From the NCBI GenBank assembly GCA_002633005.1, contig NMRA01000002.1, forward strand, positions 1,398,077 to 1,462,076: a stretch of 64,000 nucleotides of DNA. Reading direction: 5' to 3'. This document shows, piece by piece, positions 1 through 12,800 of the stretch. The position numbers were made by a program, and so were the translations under genes. Position 1 is the stretch's first letter. Each line of letters starts with the position of its first letter. The DNA is from Phoronis australis. Taxonomy: Eukaryota; Animalia; Phoronida. The notes below the pieces were generated by a model that did no database searches, was not told the origin of the DNA, and saw only the letters and a list, made by a program, of their open reading frames with translations.

Positions 1-588
1 AGACTTCGCGAGATTTCGTGAGATATTGTCGTGTATTTTAAATGGAAGCATGGGATTTTGGCTTGATTTTTCTCGGCGGGAGATAACTACTGAACTCTAC
101 TCTGGTTATATGCTGTCAATACAAAACTTTGAGGCTAAAATGACAGTACCAAACAATGATTTTGTAAAAATAGAGGCTGATTTTGTGAGGTGTACTTTCA
201 TACAAACCCGATTTCCTTTTTCAGCAGAAGGTAATTATGACGAGAACAATTTTTACCTTATAAAACATTGGAATTGAAATGTCGACGTATAGACGATTCC
301 TTAACTGCACGAATACTTAATCTGAATTTTATTTGGATGAGCGAAGTAAAACCTAAATTGTTGGTTAAAAAGAAGATTGTTTTTAAGAAAATATTGACCA
401 CCGCCAAAAACGTGACGGAATAGAAAGTGTTGTTGGAACGTAATGCGCTGTGGGCTGAGCTCAGTAGAAAATCTCATAAATGAAGCTGGTGTGTTTGTGC
501 TTGGCTTGTAATATATGGCAATATCTCGCAGTCTTGGGCGATTTTGCGCCTCCGCGAGGTCCTCACATCTACGCTACGCACGCCAGGT
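1..588. mobile_element. Long member of an inverted-repeat element family; left end lies outside the window
   Basis: 1-50 matches the GACTTCG..GAGATATTG.CGTG core at 12580-12625 and 58680-58730. 515-588 is its inverted counterpart and ends in AGGTCCT...ACGCACGCCAGG like the other copies. Confidence 0.6.
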
Positions 589-3465
589 CAAGGTTTTATC
601 TCATACGGAAGCTTGAATGCGTTTTTTTTTAACCGCATGAAAGGCAGCCGTTTGGGTTTCCTCCATCACTGATGTTCATTCTTGGCAAAGTGTCTAAGTT
701 GTCGGGAGATTTCCCAGGAAGACGCCATTTAACATTCTTGGTGTCATGTTAGACTACACACGAGTTCTTAAACTCGACCCCTGCAGTTAGATCAGATAAT
801 AATAGTAAAAGTAAAAAAAACAAAAATATGTGTAATGAACTTTTACTGGAACACAAGTGTAAAATTGCCCAGAATTGAAAGCAGAGGGGTAGCTCGCCTG
901 TTATGTGTGTCATATATTTTTCATCTACTGCAAACTTGTTGTTTTTACTGAACGCTGATTAATTAGAAATTCGTCAATAGTCCCACTTACGTCTGCGCTC
1001 ATTCGTAATCAATAGAGGCAAGACGACATCATGTGATCACAGTCAAACGTTGCTATGGAGGCCTTACCTCTCGTTGGTTTCTCTTGTAGGAGTTTGGAGG
1101 TACCTGCCAAAATGACTCTGACAATATCTGGTGTTCACCGTGCGCTGCGATGCCGAGTTTAATCTTAATGAGCAACTCTAATCTTGCTAATAATTATTAG
1201 TTCCGATAATTGAAAACACGCATTCAACAATGCGCGTTTTGCTATGCTTGTAGGTATTTTCGTCACACCATTATTTGAACGTGAAAATCGACACGGTTTG
1301 ATCAAATAACGAAATTAATTTACAAAATGCGAAAAATAGATGTACATACGTACGTGTTAACTAAGACCTCAGGCCATGACACCTGCATAAAGCAAAGGAG
1401 TCGTGGGGTGATGTCTTTATGAACATTAGATCCTAGTTTCGGAATTTTAATAGAGTTTCATGTTGTGTGAACAATTTTCTTCCGATGGAGAATTAAATAT
1501 AAAACTGCTTATCTTAGAAGTAAAGAGTGCTAAGCGAGGGCGAGATGTTTCACCTTAGATTGGTGTCTTCGCTTCGTTATTGTAATTATCTAAAACGGGG
1601 TTTGAAACGTTTAACACAGAACTTTCGTAACTACTAAAATTGTAAGAAACCCGCCTTGTATGACAAAAGTTTTTTTTGTCCAGACTACGTGCCGTTATGG
1701 ATTGTTCTCAAATAATTGTGCAGGGATGGTTTCAGAGCATCGGAAGAACTGACAGTGCGTTGCTGCTTGTGAATTGGGCGTTGGAAGTTGAATTATCACG
1801 GCGGGTCGTCGTATGTACATAGCATGATCTCAAGAAAAGAAGAACTGTCAGTTCTTCGCAAGCCCAAACAATCACTTTTCATACGAGTAAGGAACAAGTT
1901 GAGACAAATATTGTAGCGGAAAGTGGTTAAAATTTCAAGTTCGCTTTTTGGACGGAAAGGGGGTTTTGTAGCAAGTAGCCGCTTTAGGAGCAATAAGCCA
2001 GCTCAAAATTTTACGATTTCGTCGCAATTTGACATTGTCATGCACTGAGGAAATTCCCAAACGAGCAGATAAGATGTTCTTTTAACGAAAAAATCCGTCA
2101 AACGGTATTAAGCAGTAAAAATTAAAACGACAATGTGACTTTTCCGTTTTATTATCAATTTGAGTATAGTTCTGTTACGTGAGTTACATACAATCAAATA
2201 AATAAATACAGTAATACAATGCATTAATAAATATGGTATTACTAATTCAGTTGACGTCAGAGTCGCTTCATCAAAACGCAATTCTCCCAACATTGTGCCA
2301 TTAATAACCTTTATCTTTGCGATGTAGATTATTAAACAAACATAGAATAGCAATAAACATCAAAAACCGCTGCCTACTCTGGTGGAGTCCTCAATGAATC
2401 TCTATTTAGAGACAGAACTCTAGAGAAAAACACCTTAACATAATAAACTTTAAGGACATTTTTCACAGGATTTACCAATGTTTCCACGTGCAGTACTCTT
2501 TTGCCCCTGGTTATAATAAAATTTAGAATATCTTACAATATTCACATTAAAAAACTATGATATTTAGTCACGAGGTATCTCATAAGTACATTTTACTAGA
2601 AACACCTTCATCTACAGAAAAGTTAGTTATAATAAATAAACGGTTATTGAGAAGGGGTAAAATCAGGACTTTACTTCCCGTCCGTCACCCCAGCTGTCAC
2701 CAACTTTCTCATCTTGTTATCCTTCCCCTCGTCCCCCCAAGGATTGGGTTTAGGCGATACCTAATTGTTAAATATCAGGACTCGTACCAATTTGTCCCCT
2801 TTGTCCCATATAATAATGTGCAACGTCACTCCTCACGTGCCAGTTGCCTTGCAATGCAACCCAGGATATCCCAGTTCGATGACTGCAGTTCCCGCGTTCT
2901 TGAAATCTGGTGCAGTCATCAACCGCTCCGAAGGGAACTCCGCTATATTTATGACAGCGGCAAGGTGCAGAAATAAAATTAGGATACCCACCCATTTAAA
3001 AATTGGACTCGAAAAAAGAGGAACCCATTTTTAGAGGTTCTATCACGAAAAAGTCATCTTTTAGCAGAGCTTGTTCCATAAAGAACACCCTCTATAGGAA
3101 TTCTAGAACAGCTGAATTAAGCCAAGAACAGTACAAGCAGACTGCTATATTGTAAAAAATACATACATCAATTGAAACAATTTTCTAAAAAATATACACA
3201 ATATTTAAAACCTTCTGTAGATTTGTGAAGTGGAAAAATACAGAATTCCCTGACCAACAAGGTGAATACTCGGACTCCCAAGGCGAATCTTTTTGTAAGG
3301 AATTGTGACCAAAAAGGTAACATTCATAAGAAGTTTTGTCAGCAAAAGTACCATTTCGTACGGAAACGAGTTATGAAGAAGTCACCCATTTGAACAGCAT
3401 GCACGTATGTATACCTCTTATATTAGAGTACCCTGGGATTTTATCATTAGACTTGATAACATGGT

Positions 3466-3891
3466 TTATGCAGTGTTCTGAGCAGCTACTGCAAGAGCGC
3501 CAAATACAAGAAACGCGCAGTAAAATAAGACGACAATTTCCATGGGTAAAGTGAATTTGCAATTTCTTGACATAGCTCTGAGGATCTGTTTTTGTCCATA
3601 GCTTTTCTCCACTGTTTTCAGTTTTCGTGGTACATTGTTTTCTGTCGTCTGCGCAGCTTCTGCACGTGTTGTTCGAGAACGAATCCCGTACACGGTGTTC
3701 GTTAAAGTGTCCTCGATAACTTGTTTGGCGCCACTCCAGCGTCCGAGGCCCTCTAAGCGATACTGTGCGGGAACACAGGGCCCAAAGAAACAGCGCAGGG
3801 CAAACTTGGGGTCCCTGAAAAACATCTTTCTTAGATTTGGTTTCACTCCGAACTGCTCGGCGATTTCATCCATGAAGGGAACCCAGAAAGC
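3466..3891 (-). CDS. FMO5: FMO exon 6 (AFWVPFMDEIA...FFGPCVPAQYRLEG...AAQNTA*)
   Basis: atttttcag acceptor; conserved FGPCxPxQYRL motif; hydrophobic tail; TAA ends at 3466. Confidence 0.93.
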   Translation of the reverse strand, partial: AFWVPFMDEIAEQFGVKPNLRKMFFRDPKFALRCFFGPCVPAQYRLEGLGRWSGAKQVIEDTLTNTVYGIRSRTTRAEAAQTTENNVPRKLKTVEKSYGQKQILRAMSRNCKFTLPMEIVVLFYCAFLVFGALAVAAQNTA

Positions 3892-6800
3892 CTGAAAAAT
3901 AAATGCAGCAATTGAAGGAAAAGGAGAAACTAATGACTCAATTTTGCGTACGTATTTTGAATAGAAACGCAAGTTAACAATTGTCATTGTCAACTATTCA
4001 AATGATCCTCGGTAATGCCATGCCTATTATCATTGTCTCATTCCCAAATGGATTTTTGCAAAGATCTGACCAATACAGTGAACAGATGGAAACGGGCGCT
4101 TTTATTGTTTCGAATAACTCTCAAATTCATCATAGATGTTTTATAATTAGTAGTGATTCACACGCTAGACTACCTTGCTGAGCAAATTAAAAAATTGTTT
4201 AATAATACAATTCGATACACACTCAAAAGCATTTACATGACACTTCTTTTTGTGTTTCGTACTTGAGGTAAAGTAATGTCACACAGAGTGGAAAACCAGG
4301 CTAGGTGACTATTATGTCTCGCACATGTGCCTGACGTCATTGGCAAGTCATGTATTCCACCATGACGCATGTCTCACGGTGACGAGACTAATATAACGAC
4401 ATGTAAAGATGTTAAAATAGAGTTTGACCAAACCGGTCAAGGTGTACACGTGGAAAAGTATTTTGATCTTTATTAGTCATAGGTGCAGACTGTTTTATGT
4501 TGTATTACAGCCAGGACGACAGCGTGTAAAAGGTTGCAAACTACGTCGCAGACACGACTTAACACAAGCTGTTTTGTCTTGCAGAGCTGGCAGCTGATGA
4601 AATGAAAATGTTACTCGTCTGGGTAACCATGTGTAGACTATAGAACCAATATTTTCACTCAAAACTTTGTCGCGTATTATTTTTGTTTACTTGAGCTATT
4701 GAGTGTCAGGTGGTTACATCCCAATTGAAATTGTATCCTCAGCCGAGATTTTAACCGCTCTAGGCGCAAAAATAGTTGCCCTGAATCTTTCAATTTCCTA
4801 CTGAATGTCCGATCTGGCCTGATTTTAAGACAAATATAAACAAACTGTGAGTATTCATAGCTAGCAGTCCTCATAATTGCGTGTCATGTCGTGTTTAGTG
4901 CGTCAGTGTAATTTCAAAGTTCGGAAAGTGAAGATAACTTGAAAGTAAATATGAAATGTATAGGACAAATTTATTGAACATCTATTTAGAAATTTTTCGT
5001 AGCTCACAAAGTATGATAATATGGACAAACCTCAGAGTAGCAAAAGAATTGTTAAAAATAGAACATAAAACCAGAAATTGTACACTGTGCCCGTAGACGT
5101 GTGTCGAAGAGAAAATCACTTTTTATTAGTTTACTATGCTTTCTTTGAACTCAGAGTGAAAGTCTGTGGATAATATAAATCCTTCTCTGTCAAAATTGTA
5201 TGAGCTGTTAAGAAAACCTAATACCACAGTCGTAAATATTTAAAATATGTAAACTATGCCTCCAAAAAGTGGAGAAACTTGTGAGTATTGTTGACCATCT
5301 ATGACCTATCTGCTTATAATTTATACTTCCGCAGATGACCTTGCGAACAAATAAAGATAAACATTTCTATATATATATATACCTCAAGAGCGTGGCGTTG
5401 AGTCTGTACGTACTGATCACGCATGTACTTCCGTCTCCGGTCTATGTCAGCTAACATGATCTCCCGAGACGGCAGAGTTACGTCACCTGATAGAAAAGTA
5501 AAATAACATTATGATAGTGGTGACAGTACTAGTGATGATATTGACGTTGATTGGCGATGATGATGATGGTGGTGGTGGTGATGATGACAGAAACGATGAT
5601 AATGTTGGTGATGATGGAGATAGTGATGATGATGATGATGATGATAGTGGTTGTTGTTGATGATGATGTTTATTATGTTGTTTAATATGGTGGTGATAAC
5701 GGTGGTAGAGATGATAGTGGTGGTGATGATAACAGTGATTTTGATGATGACGATGGCAGTGGTGATGGTGATGATAGTGGTAATGACATTGGTGATGTTG
5801 CTGATCATTGTAATGATGGTGGTGGTGGTGGTGATGACGGTGGTGGTGGTGGTGATAGTGATGATGGTGGTAATGACGGTGGTGATGTTGCTGATAATGG
5901 TGATGATGGTGGTGGTGGTGATGATGGTGGTGATGATTATGATAACGATGAGACAGAGCATGAAAACAAAAAAGTCACGATATCAAAAGATCTATTCGTA
6001 TCAACTTCGTCTACATTTAAATTTAGCCTGTTAGTAATTTTGTAAGAACACGGAAGTAAGTAATTTCATGACTGGTATAGGAGCCGGACGTTTTCCATAT
6101 TAATTGACCACAAATTGGCCAGAATGTATAGTTTCACCTATACTGCCCGTTCACGTGAGGTCATACCAGACCGAAAGCTAAATTATCGACGTAACTACCC
6201 ACCTGCCATCACGTGACAGTACCATCTGGCCTGAATCTCGCTCGCTGGTATAACAGACCCAATGACTTGCACGCAGCCAATCAGAGCTAGACTGTGGTGT
6301 TTTAGATGTGGCGGGAAAGTATACTTGAACAACTCGATGTCATTGTTGTCAGTGTTGAGTACGGACTGGTCCAAGAAAGGGTATTTGTAGTTGTATCCCG
6401 TCGCGAAAATAACGGTGTCAAACTCTTCTGAGGTGCCATCTTCGAAAATGGCGCCCGTCTCCGTAAATGAAAGGACATTTTTCTTGACGCGAATGGAGCC
6501 GTTGGTAATGCGTAGCGGCAGATCATCGTTGATAGTCGGATGAGCTTGTAAAACACTGGAATTGTGAATAATACTAATATTCATATAAACAGAAATTGTG
6601 ACATTTGAAATATGTCAACATATATTATCAGTGCCTTGCACAAACAGAACGCACTATTCAAATTACCGTGAGTGAAAACAAACCCAGAAAACGCTAAACT
6701 TTATTTGACTATGCTGTAAATAATGTATAAGAGTTAGAGACAGCTACTTTCCTTCAGGAGATTTTGTGCTGTTGACATGAACTTGTGAGAAATAGTGATA

Positions 6801-9800
6801 CCATTTTACCTGTACAAGACAGGTTAATATGTATATAATGTTAAATTTACCCGTGTTTCGGTTTCAGTTCCATGACGTTGTGATCCGCTCGTAAATTACA
6901 GTTGGTCTCAACTATCCATCCCAGAATGCACTGGGGTAGAGCAAACATCACGCGAGAGTTGGACAAACCATCGGCTGGCAAACTGTATGGTCCCAGACGA
7001 CTAACAATCCAAGCTCCGCGGCGAGTGCTGAGATACACCTGTAAAACATTGGATTTGTTGCAGACCTTTCCGCCAAGTGAAGTTTTCATTGCCTTTCTGG
7101 TGATTTATCGAGGGTTACGTCGTCAAGAATTTCGTCGAGAAGTTCAACATGTACAACAGCAGAAATAGTAGCCAAAATTTGAAATATGTTAAAATGCAAA
7201 AAATATCGTACAAAACCTTGACCCATTATGTCGGGATTCATGTTTTTCCTGAAGAGAGTTGTCAATGGCCTCCGTCCCTCTTATTGCTGTCTATAAATTT
7301 ATTTAAACAAGAGCACAACCTTTTTGAGGTGCATAAATTCAACATGAAAGTTAAAGAATTTAAAGCTCAAAAATTAAAAGGCTATTTTAACAATGCAGCG
7401 GAAGCAAACATTTACAAGGTTGCAAAAATGGATTTGTATGTAAAATTGTACTGGTAGTCACTGAAAGAGCGGAAAATTAGCTCACTGCGAGACAATACGA
7501 ATGCGAAATGTTTTCCTATTTCATATTCATTTGTTTAATTTCGATTTTCGCACCGCAGCTTAAATTGTCTCATCCAAAAAACAGGTTTTGTTCATTTAGT
7601 AGTTTTCTTAAAAAACGGCTTACCTTGGAAGCGGTCCTACTAATGTCAACGGCGATATCAACCGCAGAATTTCCACAGCCTGCAAAAGTAAAATCCACAC
7701 CGATGACAAATGCTTCACAAGTCATAAAGATAAATTATTGTTTACGTTACTTCCTTATTGATATTGAAGCTCTAAAGCAAAGACGTGTTGAAGTGCATTA
7801 TATGAAATAGATTATCGCGCCTTTGTAGTATGCGTGAAGTCATTAAGATCGACCTGTTGTCTACAACGAGGAACTCCCATTTTCTCTAAATTGCATTTTT
7901 TCCTTTATTTCAATATACGTCTTTGTATAATTTAAGACATGCATTTACGCGGAAAATTCGCAAATCGTGAAGGAGCGTTGATACACCCTGCACACATTAA
8001 CCATTAGAAATGATGCGCAGCACGTAAATAGTAACATATAAGTGTTGGCATACACCCACTGATTTGTAAACTAGGCCGGATTCATTAGAATAACTTGCCT
8101 TTCAAATCAACACTGACGTGATGTTTTGAAATGGCAAACGTCATAATGATAGCAGTTATTTGACAGTGAACATGTTGAATCCAGATGTTGTTGAAAATGA
8201 ATGAGTGTGTCATTGCCAATGTCTCCATGGCAACTCACCATACACTCTCCATGGCGAACATTCACGCGACTTATAGAGTCATAAAAAGCATTTTCAATGT
8301 TTTAAACCAGTTTCTTTACAAGCCGACAATTCATGACGAAGCCAGTCCATCTCAACCAAAGATACAATATGTTTACCTAACTAAGGTACGATTCGTAAGA
8401 TACTGAGCATCAGTTGACCGAGATAGTGTGAATAAAACCACGTCTGCGACCACGTGCTCGGTTAGAATTCATCTGAAAAGGGTGAACGTGCGGTAAATTT
8501 ATTTCTAAAAGTACCCGTGCGCTTGACAAGGATACATAGAATTCTAGTGGTAGTCATTATTTCATGTATTTCCGGATGACAATGCGCCCACAGACATGAA
8601 AACATAGGGGCAGCAAGGGCGGACTTCCGGTACCAATATGACGATGGCAATGACGAAAAGCAAGGATCACAAAAAGTACACGTGATCATTCACAAAACCC
8701 TTATGTTAGTTACATTTTCGTCTCAATTGATACAAAATAATGCACACCGAGTTAAATTCATGTGGTTTTAAAATTTGTTGAATGGCCAAAATTGCGTAAG
8801 TGCAAGCCAACTTGACCACCTGTGACGGACTGGATTTCTAGTTCTACGTCACAGATTGAAAATTTATCAGCCAAGGAGATGTTTATTTACGTGTTACACG
8901 TTTTCTATAAAGTGTCAACAATCGTGTTGCGTGGCGAGATGGAAAGAATGTGAAAACCCAGCATAATTGAAAATTTGGTTCCTACCACAACAAAAAATTG
9001 AAACACCGCTTAAAATTAGATGTCAAAATACTAGTCGTCGCTGACTGGTCAAGGAGGTGAGGGTTTTCCAACAGGGGCACATAATATGAGGGCATAAAAT
9101 GTGTCGTAATTAATTTAGTGGTAGTGTGGAATAAAACGAAACAAAGATATCTTGCACAAAAGTATACGTATTTAATATATCTAAAAGGCAGTTGTCTCAT
9201 TTTATACCGTCTTTAAAATCGTGCGAACAGTGTTAATTGGAAGGATGACAGGCATCTTCGACATTTTATGACGTAGTAGTTTTCATGCCCAGTGTCAAAA
9301 ATTGGATAATCATAACGTGCAAAATGGTAATTAGGAACGTGCAAAATAGCTGCCCTGGAATAGGCAGTGTGATAACTGATATTCGTTTGATGCGCCCACA
9401 TATTCATATTTGGGCGCATTACTACAAAGTGGTGTTCATTGTCTATGATATTTAAAACCCTCATGTTAATGCCATTATTTTCATAATTTTATGCTAGTTT
9501 TATGTGTGACCACAGGAATGTCGTGGGTTTAACGAAAAGTAATCAATTTGTTGAAATCAAAATTTAACAACTTCATAGTTTTTTTTAGTAGCCCAGGGAA
9601 AATACAGTAGGTCGTAAACTCGTCGAATAGAGATCGGTAGATAGACGTACCCATTGTTCACTTTGTTTTTCTTTCTAATGATAGATAATGGTAACCATTT
9701 ATCGGTAACCGGGTGATGTGCGCCCGATGTACGCTATTCGTGCGGCCTGTATTGTTAAATCCAACAAAGACGCAACAAAGGAAAACATCAGTGGTAGTGC

Positions 9801-12800
9801 CCCATCGCCCGTCGCATGGATCTCGCAAGTTAAACAATAGCTTGCGACATCCATACGACGTCATTTGGCATGGGAAATCGCAGGTATTTGCACCAACAAC
9901 GTAACTCACCATTTTAGCGATGGGCGCACTGTTTTCATTCTATTCTATAAGCTGTAGATTAACAAAGCAAAGCGTCAGCTTCAAAGGGTTTACTTTAAGT
10001 TACGAGAAAAACAAAGCTCGTAGGTTTAAAAACACCGCAACACGTTTTCTCACAACAGAGACACCTGTGGGTCGCAAGGTGGCACTAAGTTTCAATACGT
10101 GAACCACGTGTAACTGTTATTGCCAGTTGTTTTTTGTAAAAGCCAAATTGAAACTCCTGTTCTTGCAAGGTTAATTTAACAAGTATGAATTAATCGTGAC
10201 GTCATCTAGCGCTCCTACTTCACACGTGAATCAAATTTCTGCACAACAAGGAACAAGTTATTGACAAACTGAAAGTTTTAATGAAAGTGCGGTGATACTT
10301 AGGTCGCCTGAGTGGCGGGAAAAGACTGACAGATGGCGCAAAGATCTCAAAGCACACGTTATAAAGCGATTTCACTAAAAACCAGAACTTTTCACAAACA
10401 GCGGGGAATTTAATTATAAATGGTACACAGGAGGGCCAACGTGAAGCGCACGCCCTTGAGGTGGTCTATTATATGTTTGTCACAAATTTTCTACAAGAGC
10501 TGAGCATAACAAATCCTGTTGAAACCACGCAGTAGAAATGACGTTACGAAAACATATTGACTTTGCGGTAAACATGCAGCACCGCCGAACAGCGTGCGAA
10601 CATTTTTAGGCATTTTGCTAGTGCTAGCACGACAGAGTGCGACGGTGTTAAGCTTGCATTTGCAAGGACAAGCAATAAGAGCGAGGTGGGTCAAAAAACT
10701 TACAGGATGTCACTGCAGTTTGATAATTTAGCAATGATTAAGAATAAACATCCCATTGGATAGTTGTTGCTACGTACTGTTATTTACTCAGATAAACTGC
10801 AGCGTCTGTGACGGCTCTTTTGCGGTTCGTGATAACAGATGTTGTCAATTTTGCTGTTTCGTATCATTCCAACGTTCTTCAATAACAAGTCCGAATTTAC
10901 CCGAATCAAAATTTAATCGCAGAACAACAGGCAATTGAACACTGAGTATAAACAGGCGCCACGCATTTTACAATATCGGAAAATGTCTTCTTAAAGTGAA
11001 TTCTCTTTTACACGACTGTTCACGTCACATTTTGTTTTATTTCATACTAGCCGACAGCCTCTGCATTAACATTCACAATAAATTTAACATTTAATGTCAA
11101 GGTCACAGCCCACGTTGCACCATCTTATTACAGACGCTTAAGATGTTTAGACTTTCTATTACGTAAAAGGTTAGTCAATTCCATGATTCCCATGAGTGTA
11201 AATAAGCTGTCAGGTAAACCATGGGCTACTTCTGGTGAGACGACTAGACCATTACGGCTTGTTACGTATGACCACGACCTGGTATGACCTAAATAGGCTA
11301 CGTGGTCACTCAAATGGTTCTCTCGTGGTTTAGTGATGCTCTTACTTTTAAAATGTTATTCTACATTAGTTGTTTCACTCAGTCATTTCATCTCTTACGA
11401 ATTGCAAAATCATTTACCGGGTATCACCCAGACTCTCCTAATAATTATGTGGTTATTACTGCTAAGCCGGGTTTGCAGCACGGCCTGAGCACGTGACTTC
11501 CAAAAATCACGTTATAACTCCCCACTGGAGTTTAATGCTTAGTTGTTGCGTAGTCGAGTATAAATGGAGAATTGATTTCTAAATTGAATCACCGTAATAA
11601 GTGTGATAAATTTGACGTGAAGTTTGTTTTGGCGCAATCCAGATTTTTTAAGCTCAATTATTTCTAGAGCTCGCTTAAAAAACACATATGTTCTAGACAC
11701 CCCCCGCTAGCTTATGTAATTCGTTCTCCAGACTTAAGTTGTCCAACATTTTCCCAAATTTCCATGATCCATCTTATATAACTGCGGGTCAATGAACGTA
11801 TAGGTTTTTGACCCACATGTGTTAAGCGACTTCTCAATTTCTTCCTTGTTTTTCTTAGCATAATGACTTAGCGCATAAATGCTCTTACTATCCAGTCTCA
11901 AAGATCCGTAACTATAAAGTGTACCTGTGCGCATTCCCACTTTCGAAACACGCACGCCTCACCAGTTGTCTGCACACGCTTTTCACTTTTTTATAGAAAA
12001 TTCAGTTTTGTGGCTGGGAATGATACATCAAGCGGTCCCAGATTTTAAGAATCACTTCATCATCGACATTCTTGCCTTGTATGGCGCATGCGCAATGACG
12101 GTACATGGGACTGGACCACATCAAACAGCAGTTTCCATCAAATATATAGTACAGCAACCGAAAAACATTTGATAAATCGATCAACAGCAACAAAAGTGAG
12201 AAGCAAGCCCACGAGACTTGTAAAAACCTGATTGAGATATCCAAAGCACCTGCAAGAAATAGCTTTACAAAATAATGTTTATTTTAAATAATTTACATCG
12301 GGAACGGACATTTCTAATGTACAAAAACCTTTAAAACAAAGTATGTTGTCCTAAGTGAAATGTGATACTTTAACACCAAAATCTGGTAGGCCTATTAGGC
12401 GACATGAAAGCGGCTTCCCTCAAAGAATGAAATTTTGATTTCAACCACAAAGAGCTAAAGAAATAGGTCTCGAATTGTTTCTTGATTGGATTAGAGGTGG
12501 TTTCAGACAAGACAGGACAGTTCGTTGTTGCGAGACCAGTCTCCCGTTCAGTGACGCCAGGACCTCGCTAAAAAGCAAGACTTCGGGAGAGTACGTGAGA
12601 TATTGCCGTGTGTTTTTGAATGACAGCACGTTACTTCGGCTCGATTTTAGGTAGGCCGTAGCGTAGGTCCTAGCGTTACTGAACGCACGCCAGGATCTGC
12701 AAGTAATTTGTCACGGCGTGTCATTTTGAGCACCAAGCACTATTACTATCAAGCAATAACATACTGCCATGTTTATACAAGCCCACAAAGCATTTCTCAT

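Noticed and set aside
5509-6034. Thr/Ile/His-rich and Met/Val-rich ORFs
   Set aside because: Artefacts of an intronic trinucleotide repeat.
11962-12249. Poison exon in FMO intron 1 (ttgcag...ctg|gtgagg; ORF 12002..12244)
   Set aside because: The splice-like sites exist, but the GPCR remnant in other frames explains the segment better, and there is no transcript evidence.
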